Below are positions 37,571-51,956 of a stretch of DNA of 64,000 nt, piece after piece. Each line of letters opens with the position of its first letter. Position 1 is the first letter of the stretch. The stretch lies in NCBI RefSeq assembly GCF_006345805.1, contig NC_043002.1, positions 53,568,001-53,632,000 of the forward strand, read 5' to 3'. Made by a program: the position numbers and the translations under genes. The notes under the pieces were generated by a model. The model did no database searches. It was not told where the DNA came from and worked only from the letters and a program-made list of their open reading frames with translations. The DNA is from Octopus sinensis (lineage: Eukaryota).

Positions 37571-38444
37571 AATCTAGTCGCATGTCAATCATACTTTGTT
37601 TACAGCATACGTATACTTTAATCTTCTTTATACTTTAAGTGCGTACATATTTAATTTCGTATATTTTATTCAACAATATTAATATGCAGGCCTCTATTAC
37701 ACGAAAAAATATTCAGAGAAATTATTTCAGAGCAGTAGGATTTAAAACACGCTGCTAAAAGAAAGAATTGGGAAGCCGATAAATCAAAAACAACATGGAC
37801 ATGCAACAAATTGTTTGATAAAAAGACGAATGTCATAAACAATGGCCTAATAACACATTATTAGAATGTAGGTAATGGAAACAATAGGCAAAACAAAATA
37901 ATGGATTTGTTCCAACGTTGTTTCATCATTGTTACAGTCTAATGACAAAATCTAGAAAACAAACACCAGAAAAAATAAAGAAATGCTTAAGAAAATGTTG
38001 CGTGTTATTTTATGTCGTTTTCCATTACTGTTTCGAAGAAAAACATTTCTAATATTGATATTACTAACAAGATTTAGAAATGAAATGATAATGTTCGTGT
38101 GTCACAAGTTCAACGGAGCAAAACCGACTTTCTAAAACCGATGTTTGTAGTTCTCGTACAGCTATTGATTGATTTCTTTGTGGAAATACGTTGATATTTA
38201 TTAAATTTGTTGAAATACAAAATAGTTGCGATTGATATCCAGAACGGTTTAGAAATAATAAGTTGATTAGCAATTATTTCTAACAAGGACACAAAGGTGA
38301 TTTAACTCTAATACTTGACTGTTTCGTCGATTCAGGAAAATGAATATAAAATTATAGCAATAAGGACATAACTAAATACCACAAGACTTACTAAACACTC
38401 CAGTCTGACTAACAGCTTTCCTATTATGGTAAGATAATCATTCA

Positions 38445-38820
38445 TTTTACTATAGGACACAAGGCCTGAAATTTTCAAGGAACTGGGTAGCCGATTACTT
38501 CGAACTTATTTTATCGATCCCGAAAGGATGAAGGTCAACGCAGAATTTGAGCTCAAAACGTAAAGACAGGCGAAATACCGCTAAACATTTTGTCCGGTGC
38601 GCTGAAATTCTATCAGATTGCCACCCTATTATTGGTTTCAAATTTAGGCACAAACCCAGCAATTTCGTGGAGGGCTAAGTCGATTACATTGACCCCAGTA
38701 TTCAACTGCTACTTACTTTTTCGACTCCCGAAAGGGGTAGAATTTGAACTAAGAAGGTAATGACGGACGAAATTCCGTTAAGCATTTTGCCCGGCGTGCT
38801 AGCGATTCTACCAGCTCTTA
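38445..38820 (-). mobile_element. Two tandem SINE family B copies
   Basis: The family B pattern repeats at about 38445-38632 and 38632-38820. Confidence 0.7.
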
Positions 38821-38896
38821 CTTTTCTATTATTATAACATATCAATGTTTACTGTATCCATTCACTTTTTGAGAAGACTATGCAATTTAGAAGATA

Positions 38897-39345
38897 CTAG
38901 CAGTATAGCCCGCCTTTTCCCGGGATTAAGTTAGGATTATTAAGTTAATCAAGTTCTTTATTTCAAACCAAACTAAATAACATCAACGTTAAATTTGGGC
39001 GAAATCCGTTGAAATTGGTAAACCTTTGGCTGAAAATGAGTTGCAGGCAACTCGATTGGGTAATCCCATAAGGAATCGGTTCATCGATATTTTCCACTCA
39101 TCGATTTTTTGTATTGTTTTTTCGGTTTTGGAGAACTTAAAGCATTCAACGATCTCATGAGCCCTAAGTAATGCTGGTATCAAGTTTGAACAAAATACAT
39201 CAAAATTGCTAAAAGTTATGGTTGAAAATGTGGTGTAGCCAATTTTATTGGGAAATCCTATAAGGTATCGGTTTATCGATTTTTTATCCGTATTGAATGG
39301 GAAAACCCATAAGGAATCAGTTTATTAATTTTTCACCACAAAGAG
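38897..39345 (-). mobile_element. Non-autonomous Helitron-like element, 3' end at 38897
   Basis: Minus strand ends CCCGGGAAAAGGCGGGCTATACTGCTAG|T (GC hairpin plus CTAG), sharing ATACTGCTAGT with the 63279 element; internal repeats cccataaggaatcggtt..atcgat; 5' end not located. Confidence 0.55.
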
Positions 39346-39658
39346 GACTTAACCGAACAAAATATTGCTGATTCAATTCATCTATAGTTATACTTTAAAG
39401 TTGGTTTTCACACCCAACCCAGTTCTGCAGAATAAGCGTCGCGACGGGAGCGCATGGGTTGGGAGTTTGATCGGCATAGGTGATCAGGTTGCACATGCCA
39501 GCCCTTTGAAAACACTATTCCATCATCTGACCCCGCTTTGCTCATGGGTTAGGAACCCTTCCAGCAAGGAAAATAGAATGTCCAAATGGGCTCCCGATTC
39601 TCTGTGTCAGAAGCGGTTATGTTCAGATAACAACTAAGTCTTAAGTATATATATATAT

Positions 39659-39956
39659 ATCACGTGATCACGTGACCGACCAGACCATCAGATGTTGTTA
39701 CACATCGCTGGTCACAATGCGTTCTCATTGTTTTAGCCTTCGAATGACGCCACCCCGCTGGCTAAGTGAGCAGGCCAACAGAAGAAAGAGTGGGAGAAAG
39801 AGTGGTGAAAGAGTACAGCAGGGATCACCACCCCCTGCCGGAGCCTCGTGGAGCTTTTAGGTGTTTTCGCTCAATAAACACTCACAACGCCCGGTCTGGG
39901 AATCGAAACCGCGATCCTGCGACCGCGCTGCCCAAACCACTAGGCCATTGCGCCTC

Positions 39957-39957
<1 letters not shown>
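39659..39957 (-). mobile_element. tRNA-derived SINE family C, full length
   Basis: GGAGGCGCAATGGCCTAGTGG (A box)..GGTTTCGATTCCC (B box)..3' tail GGTCACGTGATCACGTGAT; TA repeats on both flanks. Confidence 0.85.
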
Positions 39958-39993
<36 letters not shown>

Positions 39994-41520
39994 GCAGCAC
40001 ACACACACACATACACGCACGTACGTACGTACACATACTGCATACATGTTCGTGTGTGTGTGTGTGTGTTGCTCGTATATCAACAAAACACTTTTTTCCT
40101 CGATGGAAAAAAACAACAAAAGTCTTAGCAAAAACTTACTCGTCGCTAGAAGGGGACTTAATTCCTGTTTGTAAACAATAGTGATTAGTACGATTTGAAA
40201 ATTGTTAAAAGTTTTGGTTGAAAATTTATTTTTACTGCTATTCGCTGGTGCCTCTGGAAAAGATAAGTTGGGGTAGGGCCATGACGAATGTCCTCCTAAA
40301 ATTGGAGCGACATGCGTGCTAATTTGTGGCCGTGCATAAATTACATTCACGTACACACACACACACATACACACACACACATATATACACACACACATAC
40401 ACATGCTGCCTTTTATATATACAGATTTCGTTGAACATTTTAAAATCATATATGTATCCGTCACATTCTAATGTTATAGCTAGTGTCGATCTTCCTCTGT
40501 GAATTAGCTCCCTGACATGCGATGTATGAACATGATTGAACAAGAGCGCCAAATCAAAAACCTACGCACATGACTAATTTTAACAATAATATGAAACAAA
40601 TATCGTTGAATGCAGTGAGGCAGGTTGGTTATAATTGCTGGGTAATATACAAACTAAAGACATGAATTAGTATGCATCATATCAAGAAGTTAGCAACTCC
40701 TCCGATAACTGATTAAATAAGCTAATATTTGGATAACTATCATTCTACCTAATAATATTGAATACTAATAAAGATTTATTACAATAAATTGCCGCAAAAA
40801 AAACTGCCCAAAAACAACATACGGAGCTCATTTTGTGTGTTTAGTATTATTTTGAAATTAATTGTTCCATTTAAATCATTTGCTGTTGTTATTGCTACTG
40901 AAGTTTGTTACATTAATGCATTCTTTATAATATTTCTGGCTTGATGACGTTTCAAATTAAAAGGAAGAACGGAAATTATAGAATTTATATTCAAAATTTA
41001 ATGTTGTTTCAATTGAATTCATGATCTAAACAGATTTGAAAGAGAGTAAAGTGTTTTGTATACATGTGTGTGAGTGTGTCTTTGTTTCTCTACTGGTGAT
41101 TAATTATTCATGTTAGTAACTAAAGCAAGTAATAGAATAGAAACATACGAGGGTTGTGAAATTAAATAAAATTCTATTTTGCTTTTGATGCAGTTCATTA
41201 TTGAAACATATTTATAGAGCTGTTTGTTTTCAATATGAAACTTTAATGAATTTTTCAAAGAAAGACAGATTTCGATTTTAAAAAGGCGATATTTTAACAT
41301 TTTAAATTCATTTCCTCATATCTGCGATACAGTAACTGACATTACCATAAGGACACAAATATTTTCAAAGGGCCTACAATCTATCAAATCAATCGAGAAC
41401 AGAACTTGCATTTATTTCATTAAACCTCAAAGGGATATTACGAAAAGTCAATCCATGTGAAATTTAAATTATGGATGTACAGAAACAAACTAAATACTAT
41501 AAACTCAATAATATTAGGCA

Positions 41521-41938
41521 TACTCTTTACTCTTTTACTCTTTTACATGTTTCAGTCATTTCACTGCGGCCATGCTGGAGCACCGCCTTTAGTCGAGCAA
41601 ATCGACCCCTGGACTTATTCTTTATAAGCCCAGTACTTATTCTATCGATCTCTTTTGCCGAACCGCTAAGTGACGGGGACGTAAACACACCAGCATCGGT
41701 TGTCAAGCAATGCTAGGAGGACAAACACAGAAACTCAAACACATACACACACATACATATATAAATACATATATACGACAGGTTTCTTTCAGTTTCCGTC
41801 TACCAAATCCACTCACAAGGCATTGGTCGGCCCGGGGCTATAGCAGAAGACACTTGCCCAAGATGCCACGCAGTGGGACTGAACCCAGAACCATGTGGTT
41901 GGTTAGCAAGCTACTTACCACACAGCCACTCCTGCGCA
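41521..41938 (-). mobile_element. SINE family A, full length
   Basis: Minus strand GCGCAGGAGTGGCTGTGTGG..GGGTTCAGTCCC..internal TA/TG tract..(GAGTAAAA)n tail. Confidence 0.9.
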
Positions 41939-41981
41939 TATTTACTTTGTTTTATCATAATAAAATAAAATGCACCCTTTT

Positions 41982-42217
41982 AAATCCTAGCCAGGCTCAT
42001 GGGCCCGGTTTTCCGGTTTCTATGGCGTATGTGTCCTCCAACTGGACGGGACGCTAGTCCATCGCAACGTTACTCATTTTTGCCAGCTGAGTGGACTGGA
42101 GCAACGTGAAATGAAGTGTTTTCTCAAGAATACAACGCGTCGCCCGGTCCAGAAATCGAAACCACAAACTTAAGATCATGATGTTGACACCCTAACCACT
42201 AAACCACGTGCCTCCAC
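41982..42217 (-). mobile_element. tRNA-derived SINE family E
   Basis: Minus strand GTGGAGGCACGTGGTTTAGTGG..GGTTTCGATTTC..shares the ttgctccagtccactcagctg block with family D but has a different tail (ggactagcgtcccgtccag..atagaaaccgg). Confidence 0.8.
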
Positions 42218-44329
42218 ACATTGTTTTATAGAATGTCCTTTAAATAACTACTCTAACATAGTGATATGTGTGACGTTGAAATACTGATGCTTTTCTAAGG
42301 CATTAACGTCGTAAATGAAGGGAAATACTTTTCAAATGAGACTCGAAACTGTTCTTTAAATTCTCTCGTGAGAATATAACACTAATATAGCAAATATATA
42401 TTGTTCCTAATTGAAAAATATGTCGAGTCAATGAAGGTACCACAATAAAGAGTCTCCAACCGTTAGAAAGTAGAGAGAAATCTCGCTCAGAGCAAAAACC
42501 ACCGTCTTAATGTAGAACTCACTGGACAATGTAATCCTCGATATACAAAGAAAAAACGCTGATAGCCATAGCTGGAACAAATTTTAAACACGACTGATTT
42601 GGAGGCCGAACAGCATCTTATTACCAGCAACCAGTGTTGGTATAGTTGTTTAATCCAAGATCGGTGCCCATTGAACAAATTTATGATCAAAAGTCACTGC
42701 ATTCAGTCCCTTTGTTTTGCAGATACTGTGTATGTAGGACAACCTTATCCAGTCTAACTCTTTCGTTTGTGAAAGGCGATAAGAAGTATTTTGAGAGATA
42801 TCTAACTTCTATTTTATGGGCGCCGACCGACCACAAACAAGCTCTTTACTTTTGCTTCATTCACTGGAAGACTGTTTACTTGCAGGAAGCAATACTGAAA
42901 TTCAATATGAATCTGGTCCTAAGTTCGGTATTGGAAAGGTTTTTATGTTGCTTTTTAACCAAAGAAGGATTTCATCTAACAAACAAAGGTATTGAGGCTC
43001 ACGTCCATTATATAGTTCTCTCATTTCTTTGTACAGTGAAGTGTATCATAGCATGTATCATAGCATGTAATTATAGCCAGATAATTTTGTCAAAAAAGAA
43101 TTGTGTCTCTGAAGTCGCAACTACGAGTTTTACTTTTCGGACCCCCTATCGTAGCCTAGGGTTGAACTAATGCATATGATAGGCTTTTCATACATGGAAA
43201 CTGAGTAGAATCCTATGCAGAATATTGTTCCTATTCTAATACAGTAGATTTAATCCACTACAAGGATCTGCGTATTTTTAGCGAGCATTCGTGTAAGATC
43301 TTTAAGCCAACAATAACTTCGACACCCTCCGTTTACCAGTTACTATCTCATAAAAATCGTCGTTAAGGTTAATATTTCCCCTCTGACAAAGTTCATTACA
43401 AATCTAAAGCAAAGCAGTGTTAGTGATAAGAAGTCGTACTCCTCTGGTCAGTAGAATGACACGACTTATGCAAACCTTACATTAAAAACGATGACTCAAA
43501 TGTCGTGTGGTATAAGGTCAAATATTTGGCCTAATCAGTTGATCTGTATTGTGCAGTAACTTTACAGTAACTTTATCAAGTGTCATTGACAGCAGTGAAG
43601 CAATTCTTTAAATAATTATCAGAACAAAAAGAAGCCATCCTATACTTTACATCTGAACAATTAAATGCAAGTCAATAGAATATAATGCTTAATAGGATAT
43701 GTCTGCTTTTGGCTTACCTGAGTTTAGATAACAATAGCTCTACGTACTCATCTAAACTAATACTACACAGCCTAAAGAGATAGGATTAGAAAAATTGCTG
43801 GTCACTCTAACAAAACACATTACATTATGGTTCTATATAGTTTTGCATTTCAACGTTGTGAGTTCAAATCTTGGAGAAGTTGATTTTGACTTCTTGTTAT
43901 TTGTCTCCAGTTAAAACTCATTTAAGGAGTCTGAACACACATGTTCAAAAGCATAACAATCATGGCTATTCCAATTATTATCGTTACTTGGGGTTACATT
44001 ATCCAATGTGTAAGTTGTATATAACAATGGGATTTAAGTTTGTAAAAATTTAATTTTTATTTCTTGCAAGTAGAAAGCCTATGTTGACTAAAAGGTTCCG
44101 TAAACTACCTATCAGCATTAATTCATTACTTCAAGAAATGTTTACCTTCTCTATATTTGTTCTTCAAAAGAAGCAGAAAAGTGGGTGGTTAATCCATAAC
44201 CTGATCTTCAGTTATTTGAAATAACCAAACGTCTTAGCAATTGCTTTGCTTTGGAGGATTTAACGTATTGACAAATATGGCCATATGATGTCTTGCAAAC
44301 AACTTGCACATGCAAGTGCTAGCAGTCAA

Positions 44330-45900
44330 AAGCTCCGTATACCGGAAGCCAGCAAGTGTATGGGATCATCGGGAGAGAATGCGCGCCGTTTCGGGGCCTA
44401 CCTCTCGACGGCATCAATGCGCACCGGTCCCCCATCACTGATATGAGGCCCCGCTTGCTAGATCAGCTGGTTATGAATTTAAACTCAATATCCTTCTAGT
44501 CATCGCTCATCGTCTCTTTTTAACCAAATCCAGTGGCTAGCCTTCTCCACTGTAGATTGGATATCAGTCATGGTGGTATTGACTTTACGATGAGTTAGGC
44601 CTAGCGATAACAACAGTCGTCTCACGCTGTGTCCAACAAACCCTCTACATCCGACTTCGATAGGAAAATGTTCCGCTTTCCAGCCTGCGTCTTCACATTC
44701 CTCGAGGAGGATTACATAACGGTTCAGTTTTCGAGCCCGAGCGGCGTCCATATTATCTTCATGAGGAACCTTTAGCTCGACTATATTTACAACTTTCTTT
44801 CTTTCACACCACATCAAAATATCTGTTTTTTTCGTAACTGGGATGGGAAAGAAAACCTGGCACCCAGGTAAATCTGCAGTTACCTCCCAATAGCCGTTCC
44901 ACTTTTCATTTCTCTCAGGAAGTTTCTTGATCTTCTTCTTGAAACGGATCCGCTGACCTGGTCGCACGAAGGTAATGAAATCTCTAGATGGTACTTTCAA
45001 CGGTTTTTCTCAGTGTTGTTGAGATAAATTTGGTTCTTTATAGCATTGAAGATAACCTGAAGGACCAAGTTGTGCCTCCATGTATACCTGTTCAATGCTA
45101 ATGAACAGTTGGAAAGAATATGTTTTAGTGTACCTACCTTTCCACATTTGCAGATGTCATTCTGTGAGACGTTCCATCTTATTAGATTCGTAGGTGATGG
45201 CAAAACATCATAAGATGAACAAATCAGGAAACTCAGCCGAGATGTCGTCCACTTCCACATCTCATCCCAACTTATCTTCCTCTCAACAATATGTTCTTCC
45301 CATCTCGTCATCTGACCTTGATGAACACATCGGATCAAATGAAGCTCTCTTCTCTCTTGCTTCTCTTGTTTTGACGCTATTGCTAACAACAGATCTACGT
45401 TCACTCCGCACCATGCTTGCAAACGGTCTGGACTGATCTGCGCCAAAACCAAGCCCTTTCCGATGGTTCTGTGTTGCTCCCACCATATCTCTGTGTATAA
45501 GAGAAGACAACATGTCGTCAGTTTCTGCTTCTGCTTTCCACTTCCTGGCTGTTTTCACGTCTGGTGAGTTACGCCTGATTTCCATATCCTTCGATTCTCT
45601 CAGCATCATGACCGTCCGTATCTTCCCCAGCTTATATATTTCGACTATTGATGCTATTGGTAGCTGCAACGAACCTCTTTTACGATAAAGAGCTGAACTG
45701 TTCAACATACGAGGTAGGCCTAGCCACTTTCTAATGAACACATATAAACTTATATCTACATATTATTAAATCTTTTCTATGTTCATGTATTTGCTTATTT
45801 GGACTCGTTTGGAAGCTAAAGTCATGTTCAATATCGAATTTCGAAAACATGATCCAGAAGGTTTGAGCTGATGGTATTAACATAGGATTGCTTCTCGAAT
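44330..45900 (-). mobile_element. HERO-like (R2 group) RLE non-LTR retrotransposon remnant, frameshifted
   Basis: FIRKWLGLP..LQLPIASIVEIYK; QGQMTRWE..RKISWDEMW..YDVLPSPTNL..CKCG..LKHILSNC..RYTWRHN; IVELKVPHEDN..RKLNRY..FPIEVGCRGFV..ASHWIWLKR. Confidence 0.8.
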
Positions 45901-46227
45901 ATCAACGTTGGTTTTGCATCGGCACCCACAGCCGTATTCATAAAGCGTCCCCGTTCGTACTTTAGATTCTAAGTATTAATGGCTTGTTTCAATTGTGTGA
46001 TCGATATTCGGCGTCACCTGAGCAGACCATTGATGATCACAAGTACGAGACATACAGTGCGGTTCAGGCGCCGATCTCCTGTTTGTTTTTAATGTTGGCA
46101 GGGCCACTTTCCAGTATTCAACCAATCTGTATGTTTCCTTCTAGGGTATTTTCCCTTGCTGTATCCTAGGCAAACGGCTTCAGGTTCTAGTTGCTTTTAG
46201 CACACATACATGCACACACACACACAT

Positions 46228-46274
<47 letters not shown>

Positions 46275-46508
46275 AACAAACGCACACAAACAAACACATA
46301 CACACACGCACACACAACCACACACATACACACTCATACCCAGGTTGTACCGAAAGTAAATACAAATGCAGGCAGAACTTTAAAACTTTTTTAATAATCT
46401 GATATAGGTTTTTCAAATACATGCTGATAGTGTAATTGTTATATACATACATACATACATACATACATACATACATACATACATACACACACACATATAC
46501 ACACACAA

Positions 46509-46543
<35 letters not shown>

Positions 46544-46569
46544 CGTGTGTGTGTGTGCGTGTGTGCGTG

Positions 46570-46628
<59 letters not shown>

Positions 46629-47333
46629 GTGTGTGTTTGTATATATGTATACATACAGATAGATAAGATAGATAGATAAAGAGAGAGAGAGGAAGGGAGA
46701 GAGGAGGGAGAGAGAGAGAGGGGGAGATTCCTAGACTCGACGAGATTTATTGAAACACATGTGCAACAAATAGATTCACAGGAATTCGCATGATCTTAAA
46801 GAAATTGTTTTAAGAAAATGCAGACAAATTGCATTTGCTCCTGGAATATTAATTTACTGAGTGTTGATTCGTGGAAGTAATTCCGAAAATCGAGACTAAA
46901 AAATCCGCTAAAAATAAACAAATGTACGTTCTAAACAAACATCCTTTAATATTTCCTGACAAAATATTTTCTTAATGTTGTAGTAATTCAGATAATTGTT
47001 CTAAATGAAATGTTTTCTCATCAGCAACTTCTTCCAATATATATTCTAGTGCTTGGTGGTATTCAATATTCTTAGCCATTTTTTTAAAGAGGCTGAAATG
47101 AAAAACATTCTACTGTTTGCAACTCTGGATAAGATGACATAGAGAAATAGTCCTTTGGTCTTGTTAATACAAGTTGCAAACGTAAGTGCACAGCTGTCGG
47201 TGTTTAGCCCCTTGTGGGTAATAAAGAAATAGGTATCAAAGACACTGTCGTACGTAAATATTTTTGCATTCTATTTACACAGTAAAGCTGACTGTGTGTT
47301 TTTTAAACGTACGTACATGGACGAGCGCACGTT

Positions 47334-47470
<137 letters not shown>

Positions 47471-48092
47471 ACATATACACGCGCACGCACAAACATTTCA
47501 CACGATGATTCAGTACTTTAGTCCTGTATTTTTATACGCGCTGCATGTTCGTGCCTGTCATGTGCTGTGAAATACGTAAATAGAAAGTGTGTAAAAGTAT
47601 AGATAACCAGTTTGTAACTGATATAGCAAAAGAAAGACGACGCCCAGATGAAAGAGCAGGGGGACACAGCAGGTAACCAGCTGATATAGATATCACTAGT
47701 TAACGAAAGTCGCTTCGGGTTAATAAGAACAGCCAAGTGTAATTAGTTTCTCAAATTACATTACCTCAGACAAAATTTATATGAAAAAATTGATAATTTC
47801 CTTTTGCGCGATGGGTAGACGAAAGATCTGAAGTTTGCTTATTGTTCGGGTATTCTAAGTTCTGATATAACCAAGTTAAAGTTTGTCATACGCTCTATCT
47901 ATTCTTATAACGATTATACCAACAGCTGCTGTCATTATTTTCTATCGTAGATTTGCTCGGATGAAGTTAACATATGATCAAGGTGTAAAGCCATTTTGTA
48001 TCTCGAGGACTACACTCTCCAATGTGTTCTGTTTTCTCATGGTGTTTGTATGTGATTTAAGAGAGATGCCACTTCTACTTCTAGCAGGTAGT

Positions 48093-48170
48093 ATAGTGGT
48101 TCCCAAAGTGGGCAGTACTGCCCCCTCCCTGCCCCGGAAGCGGTTGAAAGAATCAAGGGAGCGTTCAAGT
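48093..48170 (+). mobile_element. Possible hAT/Charlie-type MITE end
   Basis: (T)AGTGGTTCCCAAAGTGGGCAGTACTGCCCCC resembles CAGTGGTTCCCAA hAT termini; partner end not found. Confidence 0.3.
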
Positions 48171-48697
48171 AAAGTGTGACGATAATGGGATTGTCATATG
48201 GAGCGATGGAGAGGTGACCAACGGGGGCGATGGATGTAAAAGCAACAAGATAATGGGTGGATTAGGTTAAGTTATATTTGTGAAATACAGTTGCTTTGAA
48301 TTTAGTGCAGGAAGTGTGCTTGTAGTAGTGAGTATGTGTGTGCGGAGGGGCAGTTATGTGACTTGAGTGTTAAGTGGGTGGTAGCCCAAAAGAGCTGGAG
48401 AATCTCTGATGTAGAATGAACACATAGATCTTTTATTTGATTGCACATGTAACATCTGTAATATCCTGAGATCTGTTTAAATGACTCTGATATCTGTTCT
48501 ATAGAATTAAGTTTTGTTCCTAAGTCAAGCTAAGTAATTTTGTCTAGGATTTTTAGGACAGCATGCATGTCTCAATAACAGAGCTTCCGATTAAATGTCG
48601 TGTAAGATTAAACGTCTTCAATGTTTGTGAAAGGTATAATTTGATAAAAATCTTTTTACACCCATGCACATAGGCTACATATGGATATATAATATAC

Positions 48698-49505
48698 CTA
48701 TTTCTATTTCTTTATTACCCACAAGGGGCTAAACATAGAGGGGACAAACAAGGACAGACATAGGTATTAAGTCGATTCCATCGACCCCAGTGCGCAACTG
48801 GTACTTAATTTATCGACCCCGAAAGGATGAAAGGCAAAGTCGACCTCGGCGGAATTTGAACTCACAGCGTAACGACAGACGAAATACGGCTGCGCATTTC
48901 GCCCGGCGTGCTAACGTTTCTGCCAGCTCACCGTCATTCTAAAACTTCTATCATGTTCCTGCTCGAGATCAGAAATTAGCTTCCTTTGAATCTTTTACAA
49001 TTGGTTTTGAGGAAAGAATAAATTTCGCTCTTTTATATTTATCTACAGTATGAAAAGTAAAGCGAATATATAATGCTTCAAATTTTGGAGCAAGGCGTGC
49101 GATTTCAGGAGATGAGACAAATCGATTACATCTACCGCAGTAGTCAACTGGTACTTATTTTATCGACCTTGAATGATGGAAGGCAAAGTCAACCTCGGCG
49201 GAATTTGTACTCGAAACGTAAAGACGGATGAAATGACGCTAAACATTTTGTCCGGCATGCTAACGATTCTGCCAGCTTAGTGCTTTAAAGCCAATATATA
49301 TTGGTTTCAAATTTTGGTACAAGGCCAGCAATTTTGGAGGTGGGGAAAAGTCGAGTGCATCGACCCCACGCTCCACTGCTACTCATTTTATCAACCCCGA
49401 AAGGATGAATGACAAAGTTGACCTCGGCAGAATTTGAACTGAGAACGCAAAGACGGACGGAAAAGAGCTAAGTATTTTGTCCGGCGTGCTAACGATTCTG
49501 CCCAC
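48698..49505 (-). mobile_element. Cluster of three same-orientation SINE family B copies
   Basis: Copies at about 48698-48934 (well conserved, with a tgtttagccccttgtgggtaataaagaaatag tail), 49070-49285 and 49300-49505. Confidence 0.85.
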
Positions 49506-51956
49506 ATTGCATAAAACGAAATAAAGAAATTTCTCAGAATCACTAGCAGCATGTTTTTGAAGCAGCAAAGGTGAATAAAAGTGTAATAAATACCATGCAA
49601 GATCGATTTATGATTCATTGAATTACTCGTCCGGGGGCATTTGTGAACATTTTCAGATTAGAATGGAAAATAATAATCTAAAGAATCAATTATCCAAAAT
49701 TGTCCAAAAGTGTTACCCCATTAAGGAAAGGACAACAGCCTTGGAGGCAAGAGAAGAGCTGAAGGCAGGTGTTTCTGCCTCGGCAGGCGTCACCAGCTAT
49801 GGTCACTCTGAGTTATTTCTTTACGATCCTTTTCGTTTGAATTATGCACATTACCTAGGCCATATATGTGTCGAACACATATCTAGTTCAGGACAACTGA
49901 TGAGTAGATGACACCAACTGAAGCACAAACTCCTGGTCGCAGCTGATCTCTTTCTCCAAAGGTGGTAAAAAGTTCTTATTTAGGTTTTTGAATAGAAGAG
50001 CAACAAACCTCAGAACGATTTGCAGGACTACAGCGAGAAGGGTTCACAGGCATGTTTATTTATACTCGCAGTTGGCTGTAGAAGACTCCCTGCCCAAACT
50101 GTATGGAAATTATAATAATGGAAAGGGGGGTAAAAGGAAGCTACCGGCACGATGGGTGAGGCAACAGAAAGATCCTCAGTCTGGCTACCTAACAACAGAG
50201 AGAATTTAAAGAGGAAGCCAGAAGACGAGTAGTGATCTACCTACAACGGCCGGTCTGCACACGGTAGAGTGTTATGATTCAAGGACGAACCCAAAATCCA
50301 TTGGGCACCGTCTAGTAACATGAATTCCTCCTGGCCAATATTAAACTCAACAAAGATGACTGGAGCGACCTGCTCCTGCAGATGTTTATAATACCTTCCC
50401 ACACAAAATGTGTGCGGACGCAGAAAATACAATCATGCACACACACACATTTATGTGCAAATGGAGATTTATTCTAGAAACCTTACAAACATGTATCTGT
50501 TTACAAGCGGACGCTGTCTCATTATGAAAGGAAAATTTTTTATACTGTTTTGAAATGATATAACAAATTTCATTTTCCTTTGATAATTAGGTCGACCTGT
50601 AAAATAGATTGATATATATATATAAGGATTCTTGTATAAACCTACATATTAGATTTCACTCCACGTGACGATTCTGATATTCCTTATGTATTAACCTTTG
50701 TCAATATCTTCTAGTGTAAATATATACGTGTGTGTGTGTGTGTGTGTGTGCATTTACGTGTGTGTATGCGTGCGCATGCATGCGTTCATTAGTTTGTGTC
50801 GATGCGTAGAAGAAAAATGTACTGCGTGGTATCCGGTTTTCGCTTCGTTTTGATCAGTAAACACACCCATTCTCGATTCAAAGACAAAATAAGCAGCAGG
50901 CAAGTAACTGAAGGTTGGATAGCATTTGTCTAAGCATGCCCATATATCAATCACGTAAATCAGTAAATATTTTTAAAATAGAAGCATTCGTGAGCTATAT
51001 TTCAGCGGGTTTTTTTAATGCATTTTTATATTATTGTTTGATGCAACTCTCTTCAATTTCGATACACACAGTCTCAGTAAACAACGCAATGTTAAAATTG
51101 ATATGTGTTAGTGAAGTAAGTTCATGAGGCTGGATAATCTTATAAAAGTGGAAAGCAGAGGAATCTGATGTTTCGAGACTGAGACTTCGTCTGCAAGAGA
51201 AAATATGTGTCATCATCTAATAGGACGTCAGATAAAATGTTTTCAGATATAGTCCTTTGAGTCTCTTGTCCAAATCTCCTCAAGGCCGATTTTGCTTTTC
51301 ATCCTTCTGCTGTCTATAATTTGTTCTCTCACGCGTTGAATCAATCCCCAACATCAAAATTTTCGCCACAACATATGAAATGCACTGCACTATTGTACCG
51401 ACGCAGACTACAATTCGCTCCTTCGGGCTGCGGAGTTAACGACAACACTTCCACGTGATCGCTGAGCATGCTCAACTTCTCAAATCTACCCCAAAATCAG
51501 ATTCAACATTCTTTAAATACTCCAGAAATCGTGGTCCTGTACTCCATGCATATAAGGAAAAATACGATCGTCATTGATGAATTAGAACAATTTTGAACAG
51601 TAAAGAACAATTATGGAACAATATGTTACTGTTAAATGTAATAAGGATTTGGAAATCATGATGGTGAAACTATTCCTCATGAATCGTATAATCAACCAGA
51701 AAGATTTAAGTGTCAACCTGCAGAATTTGCTATCTGTACCAAAGAACATATAACACAAATTAAGCGCCATGGGGTTTCGAGAATATGATTTTATTTAAGT
51801 TCTCTCTTGACATAGTTAATTACACTTATGCTTCTGATCTTCAGATTGAATGTAATTGGGCAGCTTGAAACTGGGTCGAATAGATTGAATCTGTAATTCA
51901 AAAGACGTCTTGTCGTACACTGCATCACATGACACCTATTCTGTCTGACGGATATA

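Noticed and set aside
42646-43170. 174-aa non-repetitive ORF and possible small exons (tttgcag/ttgcag acceptors)
   Set aside because: No recognisable domain or supported exon chain; needs RNA-seq or homology search.
48698-49505. Regularly spaced similar units as a CRISPR-like array
   Set aside because: They are ~200-bp diverged SINE copies in eukaryotic DNA, with no short identical repeats, unique spacers or cas genes.
49700-50420. Decayed Gypsy gag/pol (EGRCF..H-like)
   Set aside because: Only a partial knuckle-like word; no further motifs or LTRs.
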